Made by a program: the position numbers and the translations under genes | Shown: positions 29,401 to 38,694 of the stretch, piece by piece | How the letters are laid out: each line of letters opens with the position of its first letter | Numbering within the stretch: position 1 is the stretch's first letter | The notes under the pieces: model-generated | Databases searched by the model: none | What the model was told of the DNA's origin: nothing | The model's input: only the letters and a program-made list of their open reading frames with translations | NCBI GenBank assembly: GCA_030740155.1 | Contig: JASLXV010000069.1 | Location: 32,001-96,000, forward strand | Source of the DNA: Dehalococcoidia bacterium | GTDB lineage: Bacteria > Chloroflexota > Dehalococcoidia > Lucifugimonadales > UBA3495 | DNA: 64,000 nucleotides | Reading direction: 5' to 3'

Positions 29401-29980
29401 TTCTGCCCAGCTCAGCGAAGGCCTGGTCGATGCCCTCCAGCCCTGCCTTGACGTTGAGGGTGTCCTGGCTGGTCTCCAGGATCAGGACATCCACGCCGCC
29501 CTCTGTCAGCCCGGCCGCCTGTTGACGGTAATCCTCGGCAAGCTCGTCGAAGGTGATGCCGCCGGTCACGGAGATGGACTTGGTGGTCGGCCCCATGGAC
29601 CCGGCCACGAACCGGGGCTTATCGGCGGTGCTGGCCGCATCGGCCAAACGCCGGGCCAGTTGGGCTGCCTCCCGGTTGATGCGGCGGGCCTCGTGGGCCA
29701 GGCCATACTCGGCCAGGACCACGGCGGTAGCTCCGAAGGTATTGGTCTCCAGGATGTCGGCCCCGGCGTCCAGAAACTCCTGGTGAATCTCCGCTATGAC
29801 ATCGGGCCGGGTGATCACCAGGTACTCGTTACAGCTTTCGAATTCCGTGCCGCCAAAATCGTCCGGGCCCAGGCTGCGGTCTTGGATCGACGTTCCCATG
29901 GCGCCGTCCATAACCAGAATCCGTTTCCGGAGTGAGGTTTTCAGGGCGTCGATTCGATTGTGATGGTCCATAAACTTCAT
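26426..29980 (-). CDS. metH: Cobalamin-dependent methionine synthase
   Basis: DGAMGT, GGCCGT, pterin-binding GERTN..GS, VKGDVHDIGKN B12 motif, RYSFGYPACP activation domain. Confidence 0.97.
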   Translation of the reverse strand: MKFMDHHNRIDALKTSLRKRILVMDGAMGTSIQDRSLGPDDFGGTEFESCNEYLVITRPDVIAEIHQEFLDAGADILETNTFGATAVVLAEYGLAHEARRINREAAQLARRLADAASTADKPRFVAGSMGPTTKSISVTGGITFDELAEDYRQQAAGLTEGGVDVLILETSQDTLNVKAGLEGIDQAFAELGRTIPVAVQGTIEPMGTLLAGQDAEAFYTSLAHRDLLWTGFNCATGPEFMTDHIRTLAGLSRFPVSCVPNAGLPDEDGNYNETPEMLARSLGRFVDAGWVNVLGGCCGTGTEHIRLLSQLAAGKRIREPAGNRETRLSGIEALVVDQDARPLLVGERTNVLGSRRFRRLIAQGATEEAAEVGRRQVRNGAHVLDVCLQDPDRDEAADMIAFLDLLTKKIKVPVMIDSTDERVIEEALKRLQGKSVINSINLEDGEARFQAVVPLARRYGAALVVGCIDEDREQAQAITRQRKLDIAVRSFGLLTERYGVLAEDIIFDPLVFPAGTGDRSYIGSALETVEGVRLIKEALPECKTILGVSNVSFGLPPAGREVLNSVFLYHCVQAGLDMAIVNPELLKRYPVIPEEERELSEDLIWNQGEDPLAAFVAHFRDKAPKATNEERRDLPLDQRLALAIVEGTKEGLAQDLEEALGDRGPLEIINGPLMAGMTEVGRQFNDNQLIVAEVLQSAESMKFAVSHLEPHMERAESAARGKVVLATVKGDVHDIGKNLVDIILSNNGYRVINLGIKVLPQELIDAYQEHRPDMIGLSGLLVKSAQMMVETVRDFRQAGVVCPLLVGGAALSNRFTRLRIAPEHGDLVAYAPDAMSGLSLANTIQEADERQKLAAALDAETSALLKEGRLARSRDESGALPAAPPARVRHDFPVPNPPDLRLHVLRDFDLEQIFPYINPQMLYGRHLGFKGRFADALAAGDPAAQELRDAVRGVEEIVLASSDIGATGVFKFFPCQADEQRLLLYGPDGRTILGSFYFGRQSQREGLCLTDYVLPKALTPGPSPGGRGETLEMDYVAMFVTSIGPGVLELSERLKGEGRFLDSHILQALALECAEGFAELLHQQIRQMWGFGDPAGTPHRDLFRTQYRGRRYSFGYPACPRLENQETLFRLLDVTANTGVELTEGFMMDPEASVSALVFHHHDAKYFNLTPDDIDRLEREIASR
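26894..26932 (-). repeat. CCCTCACCCCCGGCCCCTCTCCC palindromic repeat inserted in frame in metH
   Basis: Minus strand GCCCTCACCCCCGGCCCCTCTCCCGGGGGGAGAGGGGAG is nearly identical to intergenic 16988-17024 and encodes ALTPGPSPGGRGE. Confidence 0.88.
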
Positions 29981-30164
29981 TTCCCAACGGTATTTATGCT
30001 ATCCCATTGTAACACCAGCAGGCGCCGAGAATGGGCGCCGCCCAGACGGAAAAGCCGCGACCAGGCAACCACCCCAGGCCTAGGCCGGATGGCCTGGGTA
30101 GCCCCTGAAAGCGTTTGCATCTCCCAGCCGGCTTGGACATCTAACCCTTGGTTTTGGCGGCTGG

Positions 30165-30827
30165 GTCACCTATTGCGTGGGCAATGCCGCGTTGGACGGT
30201 GCGGTCCAGCTCAAAGAGGCCATCCTCGCCACGGCGTCCTAGATGCTGGAGAGACCCCCGGAGGCGCTCGAGCTGAAGGATGGACGGGTGGCCCTATCGA
30301 CAGGCCCCAGCGCCCCCCCCGGTTACGGTCTCCCCGACTCAGGTGGCCCAGGCCAGGCGTTCGGCGAGCCTCCCCCTTAGCTTTGACGGAATCTTCGACG
30401 CCACCCCGCTGATCCACGAGCTGGAGACCGGAGAGCCCAATCCCTTCCCGGTGTACGTCTCCGCCACCCATCTGGCGGAGGTGGAGGTGGACATCGAGCG
30501 GGGGCTCGTGCGGGTGATCCGGATAGTTGCCGCCCACGACGTCGGAAAGGCCGTCCTTCCTCTGGGGCCGAAGGGCCGATAGAAGGGGCGATCGCCATGG
30601 AGCAAGGGTTCGCCCTCAAAGAGGAGTTCCGTCCGGGCGAGACGATAGGCTTCAAACAGTACCGCATCATCACCGCACGGGAGGTCCCCGAGGTGGTAAT
30701 AAAGCTGGTGGAGTTGGTGGACCCCACGGCGGGACTCGGAGCCACGGGGGTCCGCGTACACGATCTCCCCGCTACGCCGCCTCGCCTGCAGGCCTTACTA
30801 GCTTCCCAAAGCATTCCGCTTTCTTGA
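30165..30827 (+). pseudogene. Decayed C-terminal fragment of a xanthine dehydrogenase/CoxL-type molybdopterin-binding subunit
   Basis: VTYCVGNAA, AEVEVD..G.VRV....AHDVGKA, IEGAI...GFAL.EE and DLPATP are spread over three frames. In-frame TAG at 30240 and frameshifts near 30315 and 30578. Confidence 0.85.
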
Positions 30828-30867
30828 AGGGGTCGAGGGGGAACTTCTATTGCGGAAGAAGTTCCCC
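30821..30867. repeat. GGGG(A/G)A(A/G)CTTCT...AGAAG(T/C)TCCCC palindromic family
   Basis: Matches the reverse complement of 38590-38639, including the TTCTT.A.GGGGTC flank. Confidence 0.75.
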
Positions 30868-30899
30868 TTGGGCTTCCCCAGACGCTAACCCGCGCTCAC

Positions 30900-33503
30900 T
30901 TACCGCCCCAGCCACACACCCACCGCCTCCCGGTTTCGCTCCAGCCACTTGATGTTCAGCCGTATTCGCTCCAGGGCCTGCCGGATGGTGCGCTCGGCGG
31001 CCGGGGTTGGATGCTCGGCGAAGAAGGTTTCCACGTCGGCCAGCTTCCCGGAACTGGCGAAGTTACCGCAGATGGAGACCAACCGCATCAGGCCGAAGCC
31101 GCCACTGCCGTAGCGCCGGTCGAACTCGGGCCAGTTGTCTTTGACGAACTCCCAGGCCAGGTCCCGGCCCTGCCGGTTGGCGCCGACTCCGGTCACGACG
31201 AAGATGGCGTCCTGGGAGCGCACGTCAGAGGTCAGCGCGCGTTTCAGGGTCTCCAGCAACAGCTCCTGATCGCTGAACCGGGTGACGGCCATCAGCAGCC
31301 GCATCTTCTCCTCCTGGAGGGTGGCCTCCTTCTCCAGCTTCCAGAGTTGGTCATAGGTGGTACGGTCACCGGTCTGCCCGGCCAGGCTGAAGACCGCGCC
31401 CCTGATATCGGGATGCACGTTGCCCGGGTCGGTCAAGAACCGGGCGAAACGGTCCCTGGCCTGGCTCAGCACTTCGGTATCCTCGTAGCTGCCCGCCTGG
31501 CTCAACACGGTGCTGCGCAACAGGGCGTCCAGGTGCCCTTCGCCGGGCCGGGCATCCCATCCCGCCCGCTCGACCGCCGGACGGAAGATGGCCCGGGCGA
31601 AGGCCACGAAGGCGTCATGGCTCGGGTCGTCGGCCAGGAGCCCATCGATGTCCCGCAGGTTGCTGGAGAGGTCTCCCCACACCGAGGCGTCCACCTCGCT
31701 TCCGTAGGCTTGGGCCAGGGATAGGAACTGGGTCACGGGCAGCAGCCCCGCCCGGGAGAGGGAGTAGGCGTCATTCTGGACCCCCAGCCGGTCGGGCGCC
31801 GGAAGCTCCAGAGACCTGATGGCGGGGACCAGCCGTTCCCAGTCCTCGGTTTGATAGTTCACCCGGAAGAAGCCGGTCTGATCAGGGTTGACCTTGAACC
31901 AACGGCCCGCTTCTCCCTTTTCTTTGGTCAAGCCCGGCAGGGGCAGCCGCGCCTGCCGGCTGTCCATCAAGAGGGAAGCCGGTTCAGCGGCGCCGGTGTA
32001 GCTGACTCTGACGGGCACTCGCCAAATTTCGGAATCCGGGGCGGCCCCCTCCACCAGGCGATCGTAGACGAAGCGCTCTTGAGACAGCACCAACTCCAGG
32101 TGGTCCGGCGCCTCCTGGGTTTCCACCCGAAGCACCGGGTACCCCATCTGCCTGGTCCAGGAGTCCATGATGGAGGTCACGGGCTGCCCCGAAGCCACTT
32201 CCAACGCCGACCACAGGTCTCTGGTCCGGGCGTTCCCGTACTGATGAGCAGAGAGGTACCGTTGGAGGCCCTGCTGGAACGTATCCGGACCCAGAAACTG
32301 CTCCAGCATCCGGATGACCGACGCCCCTTTGGAGTAGCTGATGGCGTCAAAAAGCTGGCTGACCTCCGCCGGGTTTTTGACCTCCTGCTCGATGGGGTGG
32401 GAGTTCTTCAGGCCGTCGAGGCTCAGGGCCCGGTTGGTGTCCATGTTCACGAACTGGGTCCACATCTCCCACTCGGGATACAGCCAGTCCACCGCCTTGT
32501 TTCCCATCCAGGAAGCGAAGCTCTCGTTGAGCCACAGGTCGTCCCACCACTCCATGGTGACCAGGTCGCCAAACCACATGTGGGCCATTTCGTGGGCTAT
32601 TACTTCGGCCACCCGCTGCCGGGTCCCGGCTGAAGAGTTGACGGGGTCCACCAGCAGAGCGATCTCCCGGTAGGTGATGGCTCCCCAGTTCTCCATGGCT
32701 CCAGCGGCGAAGTCGGGGATGGCGATGTGGTCCAGCTTCTCCAGAGGGAAGGGAATCCCGAAATAGTCGTTGAAGAAGGACAGGAGCCGCACCGAGGTAT
32801 CCAGGGCGAACTGTCCTTGCTCTTCCTTGCCCCTGGTGGTCCACACGCCGACCCTGGTGGTGCCGGTAGCCTGCTGCTCGATGTGAGTCAGGTCCCCAAC
32901 CACGAAGGCCAGCAGATAGGTTGACATAACCGGTGTTTCGGCGAAGTGGAGGGACTTGAGGCCCGGTCCCGCCGGGGACTCATCCGTCACGGCCGTGTTG
33001 GAAATGGCCACTAGGCCGGAGGGGATGACCAGCGTGACCTCGAATTTGGCCTTTCGGGCCGGTTCGTCCCAGCAGGGGAAGGCCCGGCGGGCGTCGGTCG
33101 CCTCAAATTGGGTGGCCGCCAGGTATCGTTGCTCTCCGCCGGAGTCGGTGTATTCGCTCCGGTAGAAGCCGTGGAGCTTGTCGTTCAGCTCTCCGGCAAA
33201 CTTGATATCCAACGTGGCCGGGCCGACGGCGATGGACCCCCTGAAGTCCAGGGTGACGGTCTCCTGGGACTTGTCGAAGGTGATCTGCCGGGCGCTGGTG
33301 GCGGTCCCGTCTCGATTCAAGGTGGCCGCCTCGACCCGAAGCTCCACCGCGTTCAACACGATCTCCGATGTGGGATCGACAATTTCAATGGAAATCCTCT
33401 CCTCGCCCTGGAAGGTGAACCGGTCCAGGTCGGGTTGAAGCTTGATCCAATATTTCGTGGGGCGGACGGCCCCCGGTAAAATGGCTGCCTGTGACGCGGG
33501 CAT
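30900..33503 (-). CDS. M1 family aminopeptidase (puromycin-sensitive/PepN-like, ERAP1-like C-terminus)
   Basis: TQFEATDARRAFPCWDEP, GAMENWG, HEMAH...LNE zinc motif, YSKG. Confidence 0.95.
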   Translation of the reverse strand: MPASQAAILPGAVRPTKYWIKLQPDLDRFTFQGEERISIEIVDPTSEIVLNAVELRVEAATLNRDGTATSARQITFDKSQETVTLDFRGSIAVGPATLDIKFAGELNDKLHGFYRSEYTDSGGEQRYLAATQFEATDARRAFPCWDEPARKAKFEVTLVIPSGLVAISNTAVTDESPAGPGLKSLHFAETPVMSTYLLAFVVGDLTHIEQQATGTTRVGVWTTRGKEEQGQFALDTSVRLLSFFNDYFGIPFPLEKLDHIAIPDFAAGAMENWGAITYREIALLVDPVNSSAGTRQRVAEVIAHEMAHMWFGDLVTMEWWDDLWLNESFASWMGNKAVDWLYPEWEMWTQFVNMDTNRALSLDGLKNSHPIEQEVKNPAEVSQLFDAISYSKGASVIRMLEQFLGPDTFQQGLQRYLSAHQYGNARTRDLWSALEVASGQPVTSIMDSWTRQMGYPVLRVETQEAPDHLELVLSQERFVYDRLVEGAAPDSEIWRVPVRVSYTGAAEPASLLMDSRQARLPLPGLTKEKGEAGRWFKVNPDQTGFFRVNYQTEDWERLVPAIRSLELPAPDRLGVQNDAYSLSRAGLLPVTQFLSLAQAYGSEVDASVWGDLSSNLRDIDGLLADDPSHDAFVAFARAIFRPAVERAGWDARPGEGHLDALLRSTVLSQAGSYEDTEVLSQARDRFARFLTDPGNVHPDIRGAVFSLAGQTGDRTTYDQLWKLEKEATLQEEKMRLLMAVTRFSDQELLLETLKRALTSDVRSQDAIFVVTGVGANRQGRDLAWEFVKDNWPEFDRRYGSGGFGLMRLVSICGNFASSGKLADVETFFAEHPTPAAERTIRQALERIRLNIKWLERNREAVGVWLGR

Positions 33504-33793
33504 GGTCTAGGCTCCTCCTGCAAGGAATAGGCGGGGGGTCCGGCGACGGCGCGGATCGCGCGCTGAGCTTTTCGGCGAATTCGGTGTCTCGGCGGCGCGC
33601 TTGGGCATGGTCAGTTTAACATTATCGCTGCTCTACGGTCTGCCCGCGGGCCGGCTCTCCCCGGAAGGGTCATCGTGAGTGCTATAATGTGACCCACCTC
33701 TTGGAGGGCCACAAAAACAGCCTCACCGAGGCCTGGGAGACGCTTTGCGCTCTCCGTGGTCCGGTGGCTAATTGTCAGGAGATACGATCCAAT

Positions 33794-35194
33794 ATGCCGC
33801 CCAAGACAATGTTCGAGAAGATCTGGGATGCCCACGTGGTGAACGAAGAGCCGGGGCAACCCACGCTGCTCTACATCGACCTGCACCTGGTCCACGAGGT
33901 GACCTCGGCCCAGGCCTTCGACGGCCTGAGGATGGCCGGGCGTCAGGTCCGTCGCACCGACTTGACCATCGCCACCGCCGACCATAACACCCCCACTTGG
34001 GACCTCTCGCAGCCGGTGACCGACGAGACCTCCATGAAGCAGTTGGACGCCCTTACCAGCAACTGCAAGGAATTCGGCATCACCCTGTACGACCGGTTCC
34101 ACCCGCTGCAGGGTATCGTCCACGTCATCGGGCCGGACCTGGGCTACACCCAGCCGGGCAAGACCGTCGTCTGCGGCGACAGCCACACCGCTACCCATGG
34201 GGCCCTCGGAGCCTTCGCCATGGGGATCGGCACGTCGGAGGTGGAGCATGTGCTGGCCACCCAAACCCTGCGCCAGTTCCAACCCAAGACCATGGAGGTC
34301 CGGGTTAATGGGCAACTGCCCATCGGGGTTGCCGCCAAGGACGTGATCCTGGGGATAATCGGCCGGATCGGCGTCAACGGGGGCGTCGGCCACGCCATCG
34401 AGTACACCGGTGAAGCCATCCGCTCTCTGTCCATGGACGGCCGGATGACGGTCTGCAACATGACCATCGAGGGGGGCGCGAGAACGGGTATGGTCGCCCC
34501 CGACGAGACTACATTCGAGTACTTGAAGGGCCGCCGGTTCGCACCCCAGGGTGACGCCTTCGAGGCCGCCGTGGAGAGTTGGCGAGCCCTACCCACCGAC
34601 CCGGAGGCCGTCTACGACCGGGTGGTGGAGATCGACGCGTCCAGCCTGGAGCCCAACGTCACCTGGGGCATCAATCCTGGCATGGTCCTACCCGTGACCG
34701 GGCGAGTGCCCGACCCGGCCTCTTTCACCGATCCCAACGAACGGGAGGTAGCCGAGCGGGCCCTGCGGTACATGGACCTGGAGCCGGACACCCCGATTCG
34801 GGACATCAAGATCGACCGGGTATTCATCGGCGCCTGCACCAACTCCCGGCTGGAAGACCTGCGCGCCGCCGCCCAGGTGGTCAAGGGCCGCAAGGTTCAC
34901 GACACCGTCTACGCCATGGTGGTGCCCGGTTCGGCGTTGATCAAGTCCCAGGCTGAAGCGGAGGGTTTGGACCGGATATTCAAGGATGCCGGCTTCGACT
35001 GGCGCGTTGCGGGGTGCTCCATGTGCCTGGGGATGAACCCGGACATCCTGGAGCCGGGACAGCGGTGCGCCGCGACCTCCAACCGGAACTTTGAGAACCG
35101 TCAGGGCAAGGGAGGCCGCACCCACCTGGTGAGCCCGGCCATGGCGGCCGCGGCGGGCATTGCGGGCCACTTCGTCGACATCCGGGAGTGGTAG
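33794..35194 (+). CDS. leuC: 3-isopropylmalate dehydratase large subunit
   Basis: [38 protein letters not shown]; extended -10 TGcTATAAT at 33680-33688. Confidence 0.97.
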   Translation: MPPKTMFEKIWDAHVVNEEPGQPTLLYIDLHLVHEVTSAQAFDGLRMAGRQVRRTDLTIATADHNTPTWDLSQPVTDETSMKQLDALTSNCKEFGITLYDRFHPLQGIVHVIGPDLGYTQPGKTVVCGDSHTATHGALGAFAMGIGTSEVEHVLATQTLRQFQPKTMEVRVNGQLPIGVAAKDVILGIIGRIGVNGGVGHAIEYTGEAIRSLSMDGRMTVCNMTIEGGARTGMVAPDETTFEYLKGRRFAPQGDAFEAAVESWRALPTDPEAVYDRVVEIDASSLEPNVTWGINPGMVLPVTGRVPDPASFTDPNEREVAERALRYMDLEPDTPIRDIKIDRVFIGACTNSRLEDLRAAAQVVKGRKVHDTVYAMVVPGSALIKSQAEAEGLDRIFKDAGFDWRVAGCSMCLGMNPDILEPGQRCAATSNRNFENRQGKGGRTHLVSPAMAAAAGIAGHFVDIREW

Positions 35195-35208
35195 GAGGCG
35201 GCAGACAT

Positions 35209-35802
35209 ATGGAACCATTTATCAAATTGAACGGCATCGCGGCGCCCCTGGACCGGGTGAACGTGGACACGGACCAGATTATCCCCGCCGTGTACCTGAA
35301 AAGCATCTCACGCACCGGCTTCGGTGATGCGCTCTTCTCCCCGTGGCGCTATAACCCCGACGGCAGCCCCAACCCGGACTTCGTGCTGAACGTCCCCGCC
35401 TACCGGGACGCGTCCATTCTGGTCGCGGGGAACAACTTCGGCTGCGGCTCCTCCAGGGAGCATGCGCCATGGGCACTCAACGACTATGGGATCCGCTGCG
35501 TCATCGCCCCCAGCTTCGCCGACATCTTCTACAACAACTGCTTCCAGAACGGCCTGCTGCCGATGCGGCTGCCCGAGGCGACGGTGCGGCAGATCATGGA
35601 CCACGCAACGAGCAACCCCGGCTCCCGGCTCAACGTGGACCTGGAAGCCCAACGGGTCTGGTCTGACGATGAGGAAATCTCAGTGACCTTTGAGATCGAC
35701 GCCGCCCGCCGCCACGCCCTGCTCAACGGCCTGGACGACATCGGCTTGACCCTGCAGGTCGAGGACCGGATCGCGGCCTACGAGGCCGCCCGAGGGCCGT
35801 AA
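35209..35802 (+). CDS. leuD: 3-isopropylmalate dehydratase small subunit
   Basis: [42 protein letters not shown]. Confidence 0.97.
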   Translation: MEPFIKLNGIAAPLDRVNVDTDQIIPAVYLKSISRTGFGDALFSPWRYNPDGSPNPDFVLNVPAYRDASILVAGNNFGCGSSREHAPWALNDYGIRCVIAPSFADIFYNNCFQNGLLPMRLPEATVRQIMDHATSNPGSRLNVDLEAQRVWSDDEEISVTFEIDAARRHALLNGLDDIGLTLQVEDRIAAYEAARGP

Positions 35803-35806
35803 GGAG

Positions 35807-35995
35807 TCAGCGGTCAGCTACTGACCGGGCATCGCTTTTTGAAATTAGACTTGGCAAACCTGGGACGAGGAAATCCCCCTGTATCCCCCTTTACAAAGTG
35901 GGAAGAAGGGGGATTTCGTTTGTCGCAAATGCCTTGAATTGAGTTTGGCGATCAGTGCGAGGATCAGCAAATGGCTGATAGCTGACTGCTGACGC
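35807..35995. repeat. Inward-facing heptamer arms (TCAGCNN)n...(GCTGANN)n enclosing an AAATCCCCCT palindrome
   Basis: TCAGCGGTCAGCTA after the leuD stop, GGCTGATAGCTGACTGCTGAC before the convergent stop, inner element at 35871-35916. Confidence 0.8.
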
Positions 35996-35996
35996 C

Positions 35997-37343
35997 TTAT
36001 TCAGGATACGCCCTCGCCACTTGCTCATGGAAGTCGGCGTCGTAGCGGAGCAACCGGCCTTGGCGCACCTGCTCGTCCATCGGAGGACGATTCACCGGCC
36101 GAGGCTTGGTCGGCGCGTAGCCAATCACCCCCTTGGCCTCCAGGGCTGACATCTCCTCTTCGGTCCGGCCCAGGAGCCCGGAGAGTACCCGCCCGTTGTC
36201 CTCACCCATCGTCGGCGCCGCCACGGGCTTGACCGCCGGGGTGCCGAGGAGTTTCCAGGGGCGGCTGCCGTAGGGAAGGGGCGGGATCCCGGTGGCGGGA
36301 TGATGAGACACGACTTCGAAAAATTTCCGCTCCATGAGATGCGGGTCGAACAGCAAGTCATGACTGTCCAGAACGGCCCCGGCCGGTACTCCTGCCGCCT
36401 GGAGCGCCTGCATCAGCTCATGGGCATCCCGGTCCCTGGTGGCTTCCCCGACGAGCCGGTCCACCTCGCCCCGGTTGCGCCACCGGGACAGCCCTTCTTT
36501 GAACCGGCTGTCCTGCCCCAATCCCGGCTGTCCCAGCACCTCGCACAGGGCCAGCCACCGTTCGTCGTCGGCAACTGCGATCACAATCCACCGGTCGTCG
36601 CCCCGGCAGGGGTAGCAGCCGTGTGGAGCCATCGCCGGGTGTCCGTTGCCCATCCGGGACTCGGTGCGGCCGTTGACGGCGAAGTCCATCAACGCCTCGG
36701 GCAGGGTCGAGCTGGCGATTTGAGTATGTGAAATGTCGAGGAACTGGCCCTGGCCGGTGCGCAACCGGTGGACCAGGGCCGCCATCACCGCGAAGACGGT
36801 ATGCTCGGCCGCGGTGAAATCGGTGTGGGGTATCTCGGCCCGGACCGGGGGGCCGTCCACGTAGCCGGTCATGTGGGCCAGCCCGGAGGCGGCCTCGGTG
36901 GCCGGCCCCGTGGCCCCGAAACCGGACCAGGGACCGGTGTAACCGTAGCCGGTGGAGGATATCATGATGATGTCGGGCTTGATCTGCCGCAGGTCGTCGT
37001 ACTCCAGCCCGAAGTTCTTTATGACCCGGGGGGTGAAGTTCTCGGCGAAAATGTCGGACACGGCGATCAGCTCTTTCAGGATGGAGAGGCCTTCCGCCTG
37101 GTTGAGGTCCAGGGTGACGCCCAGCTTGTTCCGGTTTTGCTCGTAAAAATTGGCGCCCCGGTTCCAAAACTCGCCGCTGTTGTCGTTCCGGTAGACGGCG
37201 TCGCTTCGATAGGTATCGGAGCGGTGGCACGATTCCAGGCGGATGACCTCCGCTCCCATATCGGCCAGCATCTTCATCGCCCAGGGAATGGCGATGAGTT
37301 GCCCCATTTCCACCACACGGATTCCGTTCAAAGGTGCGGACAT
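35997..37343 (-). CDS. Class III CoA-transferase, catalytic Asp retained
   Basis: LADMGAEVI, ENFTP, GYGYTGP, PHTDFTAA. Confidence 0.92.
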   Translation of the reverse strand: MSAPLNGIRVVEMGQLIAIPWAMKMLADMGAEVIRLESCHRSDTYRSDAVYRNDNSGEFWNRGANFYEQNRNKLGVTLDLNQAEGLSILKELIAVSDIFAENFTPRVIKNFGLEYDDLRQIKPDIIMISSTGYGYTGPWSGFGATGPATEAASGLAHMTGYVDGPPVRAEIPHTDFTAAEHTVFAVMAALVHRLRTGQGQFLDISHTQIASSTLPEALMDFAVNGRTESRMGNGHPAMAPHGCYPCRGDDRWIVIAVADDERWLALCEVLGQPGLGQDSRFKEGLSRWRNRGEVDRLVGEATRDRDAHELMQALQAAGVPAGAVLDSHDLLFDPHLMERKFFEVVSHHPATGIPPLPYGSRPWKLLGTPAVKPVAAPTMGEDNGRVLSGLLGRTEEEMSALEAKGVIGYAPTKPRPVNRPPMDEQVRQGRLLRYDADFHEQVARAYPE

Positions 37344-37345
37344 GG

Positions 37346-38545
37346 TCAGATCACCTCCATGGTCCGGAGCCGGGCGAGGTCCGCATCGGAGTATCCCAGG
37401 CGGCCACCGAAAAGCTCGCTGTTGTGCTGCCCCAGGGTTGGAGCGGGCCGTTGCGCTTTCCAGGGGGTACCGGCCATCACGAAGGGCGCTCCGGGGTATG
37501 TCATCGGGCCGGCCACCGGGTGGTCGATCTCCACAAAATAGTCCCGGTCCTGAAACTGGTCGCTGGCCAATATCTCCTCCGGTGACTGGATTACCCCGTA
37601 GGTAAACCGCCGCCGGTTGGCCTCGTAGAACACGTCGAATTTCTTCAGGGGCAGGAACACCCGGTCCAGAATCTCCCCAAACTCTTCGGCGTTGGCCAGC
37701 CGGGCCGAGCTGGTGTTGAACTTCTCATCGTCCAATTCCGGCGCGCCCATCAATTCCACCACGGTCTTCCAATTGGAGGTGGCGGTCGACCCGGGATTGG
37801 GAAGGACGTAGCCGTCGGACACCTCGCGCGTACGGGTCAGGTCGCCGTGGTGGTTCGGCTGACGGCGACGCACGGCCCCGGCGTAGGTGTAGGAACAGAC
37901 CACGTCCCGCAGGCTTGACGCCATGCACTCCTGGACCGAAACGTCGATTTGCTGGCCCTCCCCGGTGAGCCGCTGGCGGTAAAGAGCGATGAGGGTGGCG
38001 GCCGCGGCGTCGGTGCCGGCCTTGAACTGGGCCTGATTGAGGGCGTGCTTCAGCGGCTCCCGGTCGTGGTTGCCGAAGACGTACATCAGCCCCCCCAGGG
38101 CGTAGGCCACGATTTCGGTGGCCCGGTAGTCCCGGTAGGGGCCGGTCTGGCCGAAGCTGGAGATTGACACCATAATCAGGGACGGGTTTTCCTGGCGCAG
38201 GGTGGCGAAGTCCAGCCCCAGGGAGGGCATGACTCGCGGGGTGAAATTTTCGACCAGGATGTCGGATTCTCGAGCCAGGCTTTTCAGCATCTCCCGGCCG
38301 CGACCGGACTTCAGGTTCAACGTCACGCCCCGTTTACTAGTGTTCAGGTAGAGGAAGGGCAGGCTCTTATCCGGTCCCGCTTCGTCATGGAAGAAGGGTG
38401 GAATATGCCTTGCCGGGTCCCCGCCGGGACGCTCGACCTTGACCACGTCGGCGCCGTGGTCGGCCAACAGCTTGGTGCAATAGGGTCCGGCGATGTGGTG
38501 GGTGAGGTCCAGCACCTTCACCCCTTGTAGTGCTCCTTCGGCCAT
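37346..38545 (-). CDS. Class III CoA-transferase partner subunit (Gln at the Asp position)
   Basis: VLDLTHHIAGPYCT, FGQTGPY, NQAQFKAG, APTLGQHN. Confidence 0.92.
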   Translation of the reverse strand: MAEGALQGVKVLDLTHHIAGPYCTKLLADHGADVVKVERPGGDPARHIPPFFHDEAGPDKSLPFLYLNTSKRGVTLNLKSGRGREMLKSLARESDILVENFTPRVMPSLGLDFATLRQENPSLIMVSISSFGQTGPYRDYRATEIVAYALGGLMYVFGNHDREPLKHALNQAQFKAGTDAAAATLIALYRQRLTGEGQQIDVSVQECMASSLRDVVCSYTYAGAVRRRQPNHHGDLTRTREVSDGYVLPNPGSTATSNWKTVVELMGAPELDDEKFNTSSARLANAEEFGEILDRVFLPLKKFDVFYEANRRRFTYGVIQSPEEILASDQFQDRDYFVEIDHPVAGPMTYPGAPFVMAGTPWKAQRPAPTLGQHNSELFGGRLGYSDADLARLRTMEVI

Positions 38546-38589
38546 TTGTCACCTTTTCCGTTGCGTCGCGGGCTGACGGCATTATAGCG

Positions 38590-38625
38590 CTGGGGGAGCT
38601 TCTTTTTCAAAAGAAGCTCCCCCAG
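38590..38625. repeat. Perfect palindrome with 17-bp arms
   Basis: CTGGGGGAGCTTCTTTT-TC-AAAAGAAGCTCCCCCAG. Confidence 0.85.
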
Positions 38626-38694
38626 ACCCCCTTAAGAAAACCGGGCATGGCTTGGTTCTCTCCGGAGAGGTTCTTCAAAATACCACGGCGACGC

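Noticed and set aside
29981..30160. SAM or cobalamin riboswitch upstream of metH
   Set aside because: No consensus elements found, and a TACAAT -10 box lies only about 30 nt from the start.
33504..33793. Leucine attenuator or T-box before leuC
   Set aside because: No Leu-rich leader peptide, T-box sequence or terminator was seen.
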